In this document: positions 40,796 to 53,102 of the stretch, one piece after another | How positions within the stretch are numbered: the stretch's first letter is position 1 | How the letters are laid out: every line of letters starts with the position of its first letter | NCBI GenBank assembly: GCA_051362555.1 | Contig: CM120646.1 | Coordinates: forward strand, 10,788,001-10,852,000 | From: Lingula anatina | Taxonomy: Eukaryota > Animalia > Brachiopoda | Direction: 5' to 3' | Length of the DNA stretch: 64,000 bases | The notes under the pieces: generated by a model | The model's input: the letters and a program-made list of their open reading frames with translations, nothing else | Database searches by the model: none | Told to the model about the DNA's origin: nothing | Made by a program: the position numbers and the translations under genes

Positions 40796-42415
40796 TGTAG
40801 TTTTCATTCAAAGGTAATTGCTTACCAAGAGTACTTAGTCAGATGTTAGATGTAGCCAAAGGCTATGTTGCATCAGTACTTACCTGGAGAACATGTCATT
40901 CTCTATATGCACACTGTGTAGGCCTATATAGTGAATCATTCAGACACTGGACTTCACCCTGATAGGAGGTGTGCAGGACTTTTTATACCTGAGGTGACTT
41001 ACATTTATTTACATATATCAGTATTTCATAATCTAGTTCTTTATTGAGTATTTCATATTTTTCCATTTATTATATTACTGAGTTTACTAATAGTTTGTTT
41101 GTATGCATTTCAGCCTTCATTGTTTCCAGTTAATAAAGATTGGAAATCAAATAGTGTCCATCTTATCTATGAAGGCTCAGGTATGACCATAGTCTACCGG
41201 TAAACAGTCCATCCTACAGGCCAGCATGCCAGTTGTAAAGTGCCCATTCCCAGACTGCACCTATGAGACAGAAGATGTGGCAGATACCATTGTCAACACA
41301 CTATTGACAATACATGCACAAAGCCATAATGCCACTTCCTCTCAGTCATCTACAAAGGTCAAAACTGACAAGATTCGTCGCCCCACAATATCTACAGCGG
41401 GTACTAGTGAAGATTGGACTTACTTTCTGACTAGATGGAAAGAATATACCATAGCAACCAAAATTACTGGCCAAGATCGTGTAATACAATTACTGGAATG
41501 CTGTGATGAAACTCTTAGGAAAAATATCACCCGCTCAGCTGGTGGAACTCTTACAAACAAAAGTGAAGAAGAGGTACTATCTGCTATCAAGAGACTGGCA
41601 GTACGTGAAGAAAATCCCATGGTTGCCCGAGTCATTCTACATGAGATGCGGCAGGACAGAGAAGAACCAATTCGTCAGTTTGGGGCAAGAATCAAAGGTC
41701 AAGCTAGCATTTGTAAATTTACACTTAAATGCCCTAACTGTGAAACAGATGTAGATTACACAGATTGCATATTAAGGGACATTTTAAGTCGTGGCATAGC
41801 CGATAATGAAATCCAGCTAGACCTGCTTGGAAATATGAACCAGAACATGGACCTTGAAGATGTGTTCAGATTTATTGAATCTAAAGAATCTGGGAAACGT
41901 TCATCAGCGACATTAAATGCTTCCGAAGGTGCCCATGCCACTAGCTCGTACAGACGCGCTCAAAGGTATGCAAAGTCTGATAAAGCTGAGATATGCAGTT
42001 ACTGTGGGGAAAAAGGCCATGGTATTAAAGCACCATTTCGCTGTAGTTTTCATTCAAAGGTAATTGCTTACCAAGAGTACTTAGTCAGATGTTAGATGTA
42101 GCCAAAGGCTATGTTGCATCAGTACTTACCTGGAGAACATGTCATTCTCTATATGCACACTGTGTAGGCCTATATAGTGAATCATTCAGACACTGGACTT
42201 CACCCTGATAGGAGGTGTGCAGGACTTTTTATACCTGAGGTGACTTACATTTATTTACATATATCAGTATTTCATAATCTAGTTCTTTATTGAGTATTTC
42301 ATATTTTTCCATTTATTATATTACTGAGTTTACTAATAGTTTGTTTGTATGCATTTCAGCCTTCATTGTTTCCAGTTAATAAAGATTGGAAATCAAATAG
42401 TGTCCATCTTATCTA
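40796..42415 (+). mobile_element. Non-autonomous gag-only LTR retroelement (Ty3/Gypsy-like gag)
   Basis: Two 374-bp direct repeats (40796-41169 and 42042-42415), identical by eye, start TGTAG and carry AATAAA near their 3' ends. They enclose only a gag ORF. Confidence 0.88.
41226..42095 (+). CDS. gag: Retrotransposon Gag-like protein, 289 aa, C-terminus read through into the 3' repeat
   Basis: Intact ORF with an N-terminal CPFPDC...IHAQSH motif, a WTYFLTRWKEY helix, a major-homology-like MRQDREEPIRQFGARIK segment, LRDILSRGIADNEIQ, and a zinc-knuckle start CSYCGEKGH. Confidence 0.85.
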   Translation: MPVVKCPFPDCTYETEDVADTIVNTLLTIHAQSHNATSSQSSTKVKTDKIRRPTISTAGTSEDWTYFLTRWKEYTIATKITGQDRVIQLLECCDETLRKNITRSAGGTLTNKSEEEVLSAIKRLAVREENPMVARVILHEMRQDREEPIRQFGARIKGQASICKFTLKCPNCETDVDYTDCILRDILSRGIADNEIQLDLLGNMNQNMDLEDVFRFIESKESGKRSSATLNASEGAHATSSYRRAQRYAKSDKAEICSYCGEKGHGIKAPFRCSFHSKVIAYQEYLVRC

Positions 42416-42487
42416 CTTATTATGAAAAATAAAGTTCGATCATTTAAGAATTAGTTTTAATAAAAGAAGACTGTAGATAATAGATGG

Positions 42488-43174
42488 TTAATCGTCTATT
42501 ATGCAATAAATATCGGGTGTGCTTTCCCTGGTTTTGAACAACAGCTTCACATTGTCTCCTGCAACTCCTGCCACCAAATTCTGCCAATCTTGCTTTGAGA
42601 GCCGGTTCCATTCTTCATTTACTGCCTGCTGGACCTCTCTAATGTTTCTAACTGGACGTTGCCTCTCATTTACTGCCCTGTCAATCATATCCTAAGCATG
42701 TTCTATTACATTGAGAATTGATAAATATGCAGGCCAATCCAAATGTGGGATACCGCGCTGTTGCAGCGCGTCTTGCACGGATCATGCTTTCTGGATGGGC
42801 GCATTGTCCTGCACCAAAATGATTTTTCTTTCTGGATTTGCTTGAATGTGTGATTGTATGCACCCCAATGGTATTTCGTCTCTGTATTGTTGACCAGGGC
42901 ACCTCCCTTGAATGACGTACGGTGGCAATTTTTCATCGATTGGCTGATATGAACTGGTCCTGGTGGCATAATCGAACCAGATATCTTCATCTCTTGCGTC
43001 GGTTAATACTGGTCTACCAGAAAGAGGCTTGTCCAATACATGATGAGTTTGGCGCCATTTTGCTACCAGCTTGGACACTTGACTTGGTGCTGCTTTTTTG
43101 TTGCCTTGCAATCTGTCTCTTTGGCACCCAGCACGATGCCATCTGATTACCTCGTTGAGTCCTCTTCTAACCAT
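42488..43174 (-). pseudogene. Tc1-family transposase pseudogene
   Basis: An HTH region with SGRPVLT (GRPR-like), QDNAP, WPA...LNVIEH, and C-terminal MIDRAVNERQRP...EEWNRL are spread over several frames. The middle of the DDE domain appears deleted. Confidence 0.88.
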
Positions 43175-43600
43175 TGGTTAGTCCAAAATAACAAATTGTG
43201 CCCATGAACCTAGCCAAACTGGAAGTTCCTCATGGCATGGCCAAACTTTTTTTTTCGCAAGTGGCACCCCCATTGCATATTATATCGTGTCCAACAGTAA
43301 ATAGTACTCTAATGTCACGGTCCAGTAAGTCAAAGTAAAAACAAGAGAAATATCTAGCTACTGTACAAATTTTGTCTCAATAAAAAATTTTGGTTGCTGA
43401 GAAATTCGAGAAATAAGAAAGTGTTGCTTAACTTATGAGCATCAGTGTAGGTTGGATGGTTGGATGAAGTGTATTGGAATCTGCAGAGGTAGAGTGGGAA
43501 ATGGAATTGAAAGAAACCATTTCATTAAAAACTGGATCCAAATTTACTGCTTATCGAGAGACAATAAATCCTAATCTGTCGGCTCATAGTGTTTACAAAC

Positions 43601-43680
43601 ACACCACTGACATCTCGGAGTCTCTCCTCTCTGTTGATGTGTGAATGTTAGCCATTCATACTCCGAGATATCAGTGGTGT
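43601..43680. repeat. 80-nt hairpin (21-bp arms, one mismatch)
   Basis: ACACCACTGACATCTCGGAGT at the left and ACTCCGAGATATCAGTGGTGT at the right. Confidence 0.8.
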
Positions 43681-43781
43681 AACGTATGTTTGCACCAGGT
43701 GACTAATCCGACTTGACCGACTTCAGTAGTCATTAAAAATAATCAATCACTTGTCAAGGTTGCAGATTAAGGAGCGTGATG

Positions 43782-43919
43782 TTTATGTGGTGTTGTGAGT
43801 TTTGTTTGTGGTGTTGTGAGTTTTGTTTTTGGTGTTGTGAGTTTGTTTGGTGTTGTGAGTTTTGTTTGTGGTGTTGTGTGTTTTGCTTGTGGTGTTGTGA
43901 TGTTTGTTTGGTGTTGTGG
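43782..43919. repeat. ~21-bp minisatellite (TTTGTGGTGTTGTGAGTTTTG-like), about 6-7 units
   Basis: Direct reading. It accounts for the spurious WCCEFCL and QHHKQNS ORFs. Confidence 0.92.
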
Positions 43920-44595
43920 CCCTTACACGCTTCCATACTTTCAAGAGATCTCGGTCCTAATGACAAACCACTGCTCTTGTGTGGCGTCGGTAGTGGAACG
44001 CGTATCATTTACTAAGTGCAAAGATTATTAGTTTAACTATCTAATTAAGTGATATCTTAATTCAGTATGGTTTTTGACATAAAGAAAAATTAATTTTGTC
44101 ACTTGACTGCTATCAAAAGAAGGACAATTTTGATCTACGTATCTTTGTTGGCGTTCCCGCCATATCAAATCACTTTATTGACAGCACAGACTGAATAAGA
44201 TAAAAGATAATAAAAAACGGATTATTGGCTTTTGATTAATGAATTCAATTTTCCCTTTAATGGCCAACGTTAGCTTCTCCTTATACATCCATTAACTCAA
44301 TACTACATCTTCACGCGTTTTCTAGATAATTTCTTCCCATTATAAGCCCCTGTGCGTAATTGCGACGTCCTTTATAGCAAATAAAGTTGATTTTTTTTAA
44401 AAACTAGTGCTGCGTCATTAATGGGTAAGCAATAATAAATATTGCATCAATTCCATGCAAAGTTAAAAAGAAGGAAAAAATTAACATCTTGTTTCCGGAG
44501 CAGAACGTACATGTACGTATCCTCGATATTTCTTATTGTGGTGCTTGGTCATGGTTTGATTGGCCAAAAGGCAACTTAAAGCATTCTGATTTCGG

Positions 44596-44621
44596 TGTGT
44601 GTGTGTGTGTGTGTGTGTGTG
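44596..44621. repeat. (GT)n microsatellite
   Basis: Direct reading. Confidence 0.9.
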
Positions 44622-45392
44622 CATTCATTCAATTTAAATTATATTCACAAGCTCTCGATCTTATCAAATATGAAATTAGATAGTAATCATAACTATCAAA
44701 TCATAGCCTTAATTATGAATTGAATCGACTCGAACCTTTTTGACTTATATTAGAGCGTATTTTGGTTTATTGTTCATAAAGTGAAGTTATACGCGTTTTC
44801 ACCAAATATCAAAATGTGAATACAACATTTGGGTATTTTAAAAATTGAAAATGCAAAGAAAAAAAGATTGCATACTTCACTGACACATAAAAGAGTAAAA
44901 AATGTGTAAAAAGAAAAACGATCCCAATCTTTTTATATTTTTGTAGTCACTGAAAACACTTGGTGGTCATATTGAACTTCTATACCTTATCATGAAACTA
45001 CTCTGCGCAGTGGGGTTGATTCATTAGGAAATAAGTATCAAGTGTACAGCTGGTTGGTCTAATTGAACCCCTCAATACACAGAGCTGTAATAATCGTCAT
45101 TTCATCCTCAAGCAGCCAATTTTCCAGATAGGCAAGGTTATATCCCCTTTGGAACTCCACAGACCATCTAATTTAGTAGTTTAGATCTGCTCAGTTTGAA
45201 AACGGCTAGCTCTCTTTTCCATGTCACCAACCTGAATTCAAAATTAATATTCATTGTTTGCCTTTTTACCGGGTACCACTTAACCAAAATACAAATGGGA
45301 AAGTAGTTCAATTTGCAATCTGGCTATGGTGTTTTGCTATCTTGCTTATTCTGCTATGTATCATATACCCACTGTAAAAAAATTCCGCTGTT

Positions 45393-45887
45393 TTAAAATT
45401 CCACGTACGTAATATGTTGCTGTTTGCTCTGCATGCTGTCCGCCTGAGAATAGAATTCGGCATCCCGTTTCACAATATCTGTAGATTCGTATCTAGCACC
45501 ACTTTGGTCCTCGTAAGGAATTCGCCCCTTTTCTAATTCAGGCGACGAGTCAGAATCGTGCGCACGAAGTTGGTTGGAACCGCTAGTACGACGATTCGAG
45601 TATGTGACATCATGGGGATGTAACTGAGTGACGTCATCATGGTTGAAATGCCTGTGGCCGGGGTGCAAAGTGACTGCAGGAACACGCGTGTTTTCACACG
45701 CTCGACTGAGCGTTGTTTGCCCTTGCCATAACCGTCTCTTAGCCAGACACCTTACCAGGAAAATACAGCTTACCAGAAAGATAACCATGCCAGCAGACAC
45801 CAATGCTATTGTGATCATCTCCATTTCTCTCTCATGTGCATTCTGTACCGGGGGATGAATCGTGGAATTCCGTGCGGGCGTCGACAT
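45393..45887 (-). CDS. Putative 164-aa single-pass membrane protein of unknown family
   Basis: The ORF is GC-richer than its flanks, with an in-frame TAA 13 codons upstream of the ATG. It has a short N-terminus with an NST sequon, a hydrophobic ITIALVSAGMVIFLVSCIFLV segment followed by basic RCLAKRR, and a tail with five tyrosines. Confidence 0.65.
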   Translation of the reverse strand: MSTPARNSTIHPPVQNAHEREMEMITIALVSAGMVIFLVSCIFLVRCLAKRRLWQGQTTLSRACENTRVPAVTLHPGHRHFNHDDVTQLHPHDVTYSNRRTSGSNQLRAHDSDSSPELEKGRIPYEDQSGARYESTDIVKRDAEFYSQADSMQSKQQHITYVEF

Positions 45888-46710
45888 GACTAACTGACTT
45901 ACAGCCCAATCTTTCCGTAACTGTTATATGTGTCCAGTATATCCGTTCTATGAATTTCCTATGGGCGATTCTAAGGACCTAACCTATTGGTATCACACCA
46001 AAGCAACTTTTTGCGCCTACTATGTATTTTTCTAAGCCGATTTGGTCTTAATTCTCGGTGCTTGAACCCTATAACAAATCAATACAGCATGATTAATCAG
46101 GTGCCAAGATGATATAATAAGTCTTCTAGCTGTTTCTTCTGTTATTTTCTTGCATTTCTGTGATCTCATAGTTCAACGTACGTCGCAAGCAGTTTGATTT
46201 TATCCTTTCCTCTTACAATGCCCAATGACATCTGTTTGTTTGAATCTTTAGCGAAACAACATGAGATGATTCAACTGATTATAGGTTTCCCATACCACTC
46301 CGCTCCACTTCGAGGTTTCTCCAATCTATAGCGCGGCTATATTAGATTATTAAATTGGGATTGCTGCTCTTCCTATCGGTTTCCTGTATCTATAAGAAAA
46401 CAAGGAGATAAGATTAACACGCAGCTGCTGAACATCGGCAATTTAATTGAACTGGATAGACTCTAGATTGGAACGTTTGTGCTTTCCGTTTCCTCTGTTT
46501 TTCAGTGCACAATGCAGGTATCCCAAACATGCCACAGTAAAATGATTGATTCCAAAATGATGTTTTCTCCCATCGTGACAACGCAATGCATTTTGAGGGA
46601 CATGTTTATAGACCAGGGACTGTAACGAGAGTAATTCGTAAGGTCACCATCCAGTCTTGTATTAGCAAGGCGACATTGGGTTTGTTGCTAAAGCAACGCG
46701 GAATCTTATA

Positions 46711-46955
46711 GGCTCCATTCCAATAGACACTATCGGTCCACGTGAATCAACCCAACTTTACAGAGACTCTCGCTGACTGCAACCACCTTAACTGAATGGC
46801 CTGCCTCCTCCCGGCGTTAAATGCAATACAAAAAGCTGGTAATTATACGAGTCCGTTGTTCACAAGAAGAGACGTGACATTTAGTTCAGCTGATTGCACT
46901 TAGCGAGAGTCCCTGAAGAGTTGGATTGGCCGATGGTGTCTGTGAAAATGGGATC
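46711..46955. mobile_element. Foldback MITE with long imperfect inverted arms
   Basis: GGCTCCATTCCAATAGACACTATCGG...AGAGACTCTCGCTGACTGCAACC pairs with GATTGCACTTAGCGAGAGTCCCT...CCGATGGTGTCTGTGAAAATGGGATC. TA flanks both sides. Confidence 0.75.
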
Positions 46956-47730
46956 TAAAGCATCTTAAACTTGTGGTCAAATATCTTTAACGCTGACCCT
47001 TTCAAAGCTTACACAGACCTGGTCTTACAGGTGAACTCTACTAATATGCACATTCTATAAAAAAAGTTATCTGTTTTCAAAGGCATGGCGTATACTTACT
47101 CTTGGAAACCCACGCATTATATGCAGTGCTCAGTATCTGCAAAACAATCATGTCCTTTACAAAATGTCCATTAATTATTTCGTAGTGCCATTAGTATCAG
47201 TTCTAGCGTTTAACTCAAGCGGTCTGATGTTAAAGGCGAGCTACATGTTCTTACTGACAATCAATTTAAGAACATCGCATAATTACTTTAGGCGTGAAAA
47301 CTGACATCGAAATGGCTCTCTTATATCGACTTAATTGAATTACAGTAATTTTTGTGGGTTTTTTTTGCTGTTATATTAATCAATTTCCTTATAACTATAA
47401 TGACGTTTTATGACCAGTCCTTGTGAATCATATGTCGATTAACGCAAATGATGATGATGTTACAAGATCGGTGGTGGAATAGTAGGAAGAGGAGACTTAC
47501 TTATTACAATATACCACTTTTTAATGGTGACCAACATAAAAGGTTTCCAACTTATGAAATACAACATTTTCTTTGTCGTACTAAATGCCGAATTTACACT
47601 TTGCAAACAAAAGCAAATAAAGAGCGCACCTAATGTTCTTTAACGTCTATTTTGCACATATCAGAATGAGGACTATTTGTCTTTGACCAGCAAACTGCAT
47701 TGAGAGTCAGCTACTTTAAAACAGACTTAA

Positions 47731-48109
47731 GGTGGTACACTATTCGACAAATCTTCAGTTTAGGTTACCTACAGCATATAACTTTGTATAAAACATCATT
47801 TTAAATAATCATAAGTTGAAAGTACCACTAGTACAAGTGGATGCGATCAATATATTTTTAGTTTGACAACACAAATTGCACGATTCGACTCGAGACTTAG
47901 GTCTGTTTTATAGTGTTAATATGGTATAACTACAGAGTGATCTACGACAAACCCTTGTTTTAAAATTCCTTATACAAAATCGATATTTTTCTAACAAATA
48001 AAACTTACCTAGAAATGAGTTGCCATTTGAAAATTATACATTGTTTCTGCGGCAGCTGTTCCAATTTATATGCCTTTCCGCCTGCCTTGTCGCTTGTTAA
48101 ATGTACCAC
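47731..48109. mobile_element. Possible TTAA-flanked non-autonomous DNA transposon (Kolobok-like)
   Basis: TTAA|GGTGGTACAC at the left and ATGTACCAC|TTAA at the right; the inverted repeat is short. Confidence 0.45.
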
Positions 48110-50291
48110 TTAATCGAAAACATTGTCGGCGTTCTGTGAATTAATGACGAAACACTATATCCTGAATGAAGATAGAATTGATCATTCGATTATTTATAAC
48201 AATATATAGCTCTTCTTCCTAAAGTAGAAAACATGTTATGATCACTGCACTGACCGGCATTGTTATAATATTTCCTAGTGTTCAGAACTCCGTGTCAGTT
48301 AATCTATTTGCCGGCTGTCTCAATGGGGCCAGCCGTATGGGCCCAATGTTGGTTATATGTTGCCTATTGGGCCTACATGGAGCGCCGTTGTTTCGGCTCT
48401 ATTGGGCTAGGTCAAGGGGACTGGAAGGTGTACGTGGTAAAACGAATGCGTGGGACCCCGTATCATCATGCTTTCGGGGTGGCAATAAAATGTCGTTTGG
48501 TGTGCCTTAACAATGCATTTCATTGTTTCGGTATAATTGATTGCTGTATCAAAAGCTGCTCCCGACCTAGCGAGCTTTTTCATAATCGACATCACACTAC
48601 ATAACAAGTTGTGGGTTGATGGAGTTAGCGTGACGTTGGTCATCACTGCCGGCTGATATTCTATACTTTAAAATTATTGCAGCTTTGATGCAGAAAGCCT
48701 ACTTGTACGCTGTGTGTGTGGTGCGCAGTGGCAGATCCCTTGCTAAAACAAGGCTGATCGGTTTTATTACCCGCACCCTTCCCTTGCTGTTTTACTCTGT
48801 ATTCAATCTTGTGTGATCAAATGTGATGTACATTCGTTTATATCGCACCATTCAATGTGTTTTCAGGCATTATGTGATTTTCACTAGAAAGGTTAAATAT
48901 TCAACTACACATTTACAAATTCTTTATTTCAATGCATTTAGTGTCCGTCTGAGCTACTCATCGGTCTGTCTTGTCAGCACTGTGATTCAAAATGCACCTG
49001 AATCTAATTCCGCGTTTGGGTGATTAATATTTACTATAAATATAACATGACACTTAAAATCGGTGATAAACCCGTGGCTACCAATTCATCTCTCTTTAAA
49101 TATTTTGATAATTATCTGGTGGAGAATACGGTATTCAAATCCCTGAGTTGCAGAGGCTAGACTTACCTGGGACTCACCTATTGGTTTCCATATCGGAGAC
49201 GACAGAAAACGTTTGGCGGGTACAGGAGACAAACGCTTTTCGCCCTGAAACTCAGGGTATTTCCCCCTGACAACAGTAATAATTAAAAACTGCAGGCACT
49301 TACAAGTGACATATGTGTCACGAGACATGCTGCCTTTATAAAAGCGTTAAAGATATCGATTTTTTCTACACCTGATACTATTGATTGAGTCAGTCCTTGT
49401 AGCGTCAGTTTGAGCAAATACTTGTTCTTTGGTTCCGAGTTGGCTATGCGTAGCCACTTTTTGTTACATGTCACCACTCGCCAGCCATAAACAGTGCGTA
49501 ACTACTGTTATAATTCTGTTTTATTTATTGGGGTTGGTTATTAAAAATAGTTTGCCTTTATTGTACGTCATCAAATAGTGTAGAAACAAAATCAAGACAC
49601 GAATGAGAAATTGCTGCCATACAAATTCAGATTTCATATAGCCTACACCTTCACAAATCGGACATATGTGAGTGTTAACCGTAAAGTATATAAGAAATAG
49701 CAAGAAAAAATCATTTGAAGTTCAATCAAATACTTTTTCTCATGGAATTTTGTAAAAATATTTTACTGTTAACATATAAAATTTTATGCTTTATTCCATA
49801 TATATTTCTACGCAGCATACAAATGGACATCCCCAACTCTTCGTTAAACCCACTTTACACCGGACGGCGTCCTGTATGGGGTCTTTGTGCGACCATCAAA
49901 CTGGCATTGTGTGGTCGTCTTGAAAGGAATCACAAGTATCGCTTTGGTTGCAGAACGAACGCTCAATGACCTGCCAGTTGTGGGCACTTTAAAGAGATAA
50001 CAACTGTTCATTTTGACCAAAAATGGATGTTTCTGGAGTAAACCACAATTATCCCAATTTACCAATGGTTAAGGAATCCGTTCCGACACTCATAGTTAGT
50101 CCCTATTTTTTTTCCTAAAAGTTTGGTTCTTTGGAATAATATCTTAAGAGATTATTACAGAGGGTAGCCATCTATGGAGGTCACATGGTCCGATGGCAAG
50201 CACAAATTCCAAAATAATTGCAATACCCACAGTTTTGGTGGTAAAATAGAATTTATTATATTTCTATGAGATGTTTACAATGTATTTCTTG

Positions 50292-50615
50292 TTACCTCCG
50301 CCCCGCTAAGGAGGTTATGTTTTTGGTTCTGTTAGTTTGTCTGTCTGTCTATCTGTCTGTCTATCTGTCTGTCTGTCTGTCTGTTAGCAACATTACAGAA
50401 AAAGTAATGGACCGATTTTGATGAAATTTTCAGGAACTGCCAAAAGTGGGCCAAGGAACAGATGATATGTTTTTGGTGGTGATCCGGATCTTTTATCAAT
50501 CGATAATCAATAACAAAAAAATCATTTTAGAATGAAAATTTAGGGATGAAACGGCATTGGGTGGAGACTATGCTTCCTTGGCGGAGGTCTGCGCTCTCGG
50601 AGTGCCTTTCTAGTT
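50292..50615 (+). mobile_element. HINE/DINE-1-like non-autonomous Helentron-type element
   Basis: 5' TTACCTCCGCC..AAGGAGG, a (GTCT)n microsatellite, a 3' subterminal inverted CCTTGGCGGAGGT, a short hairpin GCGCTCTCGGAGTGC and terminal TTTCTAGTT. Confidence 0.8.
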
Positions 50616-52090
50616 AAGTATGGATCTCTTAATTACGAACAGTTATTATCCCTTTAATTAATTTTTACTTGCAAACGGGGGTCGTACTACGGGACGCAGA
50701 AAGGACGCCGTCCATTGTGTAGGGGGCTTTAATTTCACCTCTAAAGACTGAAGTGGCTGGAAAAAGTGACGTGAGTAACCCCCTCCCTACATCCAACCTA
50801 CCCTGCCCCTTGCTCCTTCAACACTATCGTTTGCTGCATCATATTCTGCGTTTCTCGACAGCTAAACAGTTTACGCGGTCTGCAAATTTTAGGGAGGAGC
50901 AGATGAAATATGGATTCTGTCATAATGTCTGCAAAGTTTTAAGTCGCAAAACTGAAGAAGTAGATTATTTTTTAGCCCTTTAAAAAGTTTTCAATATACT
51001 CTGCTTTTAATTGGTTCCAAGAGATCAAAATATTTTGCTGGCATCTTGATAATTTTACTTTGTATGTTTCCCCAAAAACCGTCCACACATAATAATCGAT
51101 AATCGTATGGGATTTTTCTACAGGCAATTAACCTACTTTGGGCAAGTGCAGTTATCTTCGTTTTTTAACAGTTTTATGACTATTGGGTGTGGAAACGTAA
51201 TTCACGTCTGTGACATAAAAGTTTTTTGCAATGATGTGATTGATAAACAGTGGATCAAATCTTTGAAAGTATTTTTTAGCAATAAGAATCATTTCTTTTT
51301 AAGGATAATAGAAAATGTGTACCCAACTCAAAATCAAGAAAAATACTGCATTTTTCTCTTATATGCAAATTAGATTGCCTTTTGTAATAAAGTGGGCGGA
51401 AGTGATGTTCATATCTGTAAACGAGACCGATGCAAGCACAGTGTAAATGACGCTGCAACGAAGTTGTCAGCGGAAAGGCAATAAAACTTTTGGGAGATAT
51501 TAAAGAGATACAAAAAATAAATAAAGAAAAAGAAAAAGAATCACAGGGAATATGAGAAAGTTGTCAGAAGTGAATTCAAATATTTTTTATTAAATATTTT
51601 TAATTGAGATTTGGTCTGTAAAGGTACAAAGCTGAAAATGATTTGAACTCTCACTTTTAAAAGTTATTGAACAAAATGCTAAGCGAACCAAAGAAAATTG
51701 TCTGTTTTTCTTCTACTTACATCTGCATTCACTGCGGTGTTTTCAGGCTATTTGTGGGTGTTTATAAGCATCGATTTAATTTGATGATTCAAACGTGCTT
51801 TCCTATTTGTATTCGCTTTTATGTTTTAGTGATTTAAGTTTTTTCTTAAACTGAATTCTTTGTTTGTTGTTTATAGTTTGATTTACACTACACTGTTTAG
51901 TGCAGTTGCCAGGGGTGTGCCCTCCACCACTGTCATCTACTGTGCCATGGAGTCAAAATCTCCTTACTTTGGTCACAGTGACTCTTTTGTACAGGTAAAT
52001 CAGTTACATCAAGTGAAGTCAATCATGACTCCATCGGAGTCAACTTGACTTCAATTGGGAGTTATTTTAGGCATCATTTCTGGACTCCAG

Positions 52091-52305
52091 CACCCCATTT
52101 CCATAGATTAGATCGACCTACTTTAGATCGACCTAACTCCCTGGGGGTTCACGCTAAGTAGCTGTCAGCCGGGCGGACACGAAAGTTAATTACCCCCTTA
52201 CAGCTTGTAGTAGGCGGGACGGACATTTAAGCCGGATTATCTGAAATTAATCTAGTTAGACTCCCCACGGGGATAGATCGATCTAAAATCTATGGGAATA
52301 GAGCC
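52091..52305. mobile_element. MITE copy 1 (PIF/Harbinger-like, 3-bp TSD CAG)
   Basis: CAG|CACCCCATTTCCATAGAT at the left and ATCTATGGGAATAGAGCC|CAG at the right. Confidence 0.75.
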
Positions 52306-52323
52306 CAGGTTTGGAGTCACTAG

Positions 52324-52549
52324 GGGTGCTTTCCCAGAGATTTAGATCGATCTAAAGATTAAGTTTTAGATCGACCTAACTCCCTGGGGGTTCACGCTAA
52401 ATTGCAGTCAGCCGAGCGGGCACCATAGTTAATTACCCCCTTACAGCTTTAAGTAGGCGGGACAGACGCTTAAGCCGGCCAAGCTGACAGTAATCTAGTG
52501 AGACTCCCCACAGGGATAGAACGATCTAAACATCTATGGAAATGGGGTG
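52324..52549. mobile_element. MITE copy 2 of the same family (3-bp TSD TAG)
   Basis: TAG|GGGTGCTTTCCCAGAGAT at the left and ATCTATGGAAATGGGGTG|TAG at the right. The interior is colinear with copy 1. Confidence 0.75.
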
Positions 52550-53102
52550 TAGGACTCTGATGTTATTCTCAGTGAGGTAGATACATGATTGATTTCATGG
52601 ACCAACTATCACCGAGCTAAGCTTGAACCTTGAAAATAATGGAAGCTCTGCTTATATGATTTTTCCATATACAACAGTGTGGATGATGTCCGTGGTTTAG
52701 ATCTTGAACAGGATCTGTATTTTGAGCACCTCTAAAAATAAAACAAATTGTGAAAAAGTGATTCATATTTCCTTCTTTCCTGTGTTGGTTTGTTATAACA
52801 AGCGTGTAAACGCAGATTAAGCCAGTGAGACCGACAGGAAAACACATAGTGCTTATTAATTACTAGATTGGAGAGGTCGCACTTGAAATCTAGAAAGTGC
52901 GTTTTTAATTCACAAGTCAGTATGTCTGCAGCCAGTTGGTGTTCCTGAGACCTTGTGTGTGTGTGTGTAATTACATGTATTATGTACACCAATTTGTCAA
53001 AATTAAAGAATTTGCAGACCAGTTTCGATATATTAGATGATAAATGCAAAAGAACTTGTCACTGTAATGTAATATGAAAAAATAGGAGGCAAATTATTAT
53101 TC

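Larger units (their letters stand above)
40502..43447 (-). mobile_element. Tc1/mariner DNA transposon (defective), carrying a nested LTR element
   Basis: Perfect 27-bp TIRs CACTGATGCTCATAAGTTAAGCAACAC (40502-40528) and its reverse complement (43421-43447), flanked by TA on both sides. A transposase remnant lies inside. Confidence 0.95.

Noticed and set aside
43754-44031. Cys/Trp-rich or Gln/His-rich proteins
   Set aside because: These are translations of the 21-bp minisatellite.
48238-48646. Overlapping ORFs as upstream SLC5A7 exons (e.g. KRMRG)
   Set aside because: No sustained similarity to CHT1 and no consistent splice sites.
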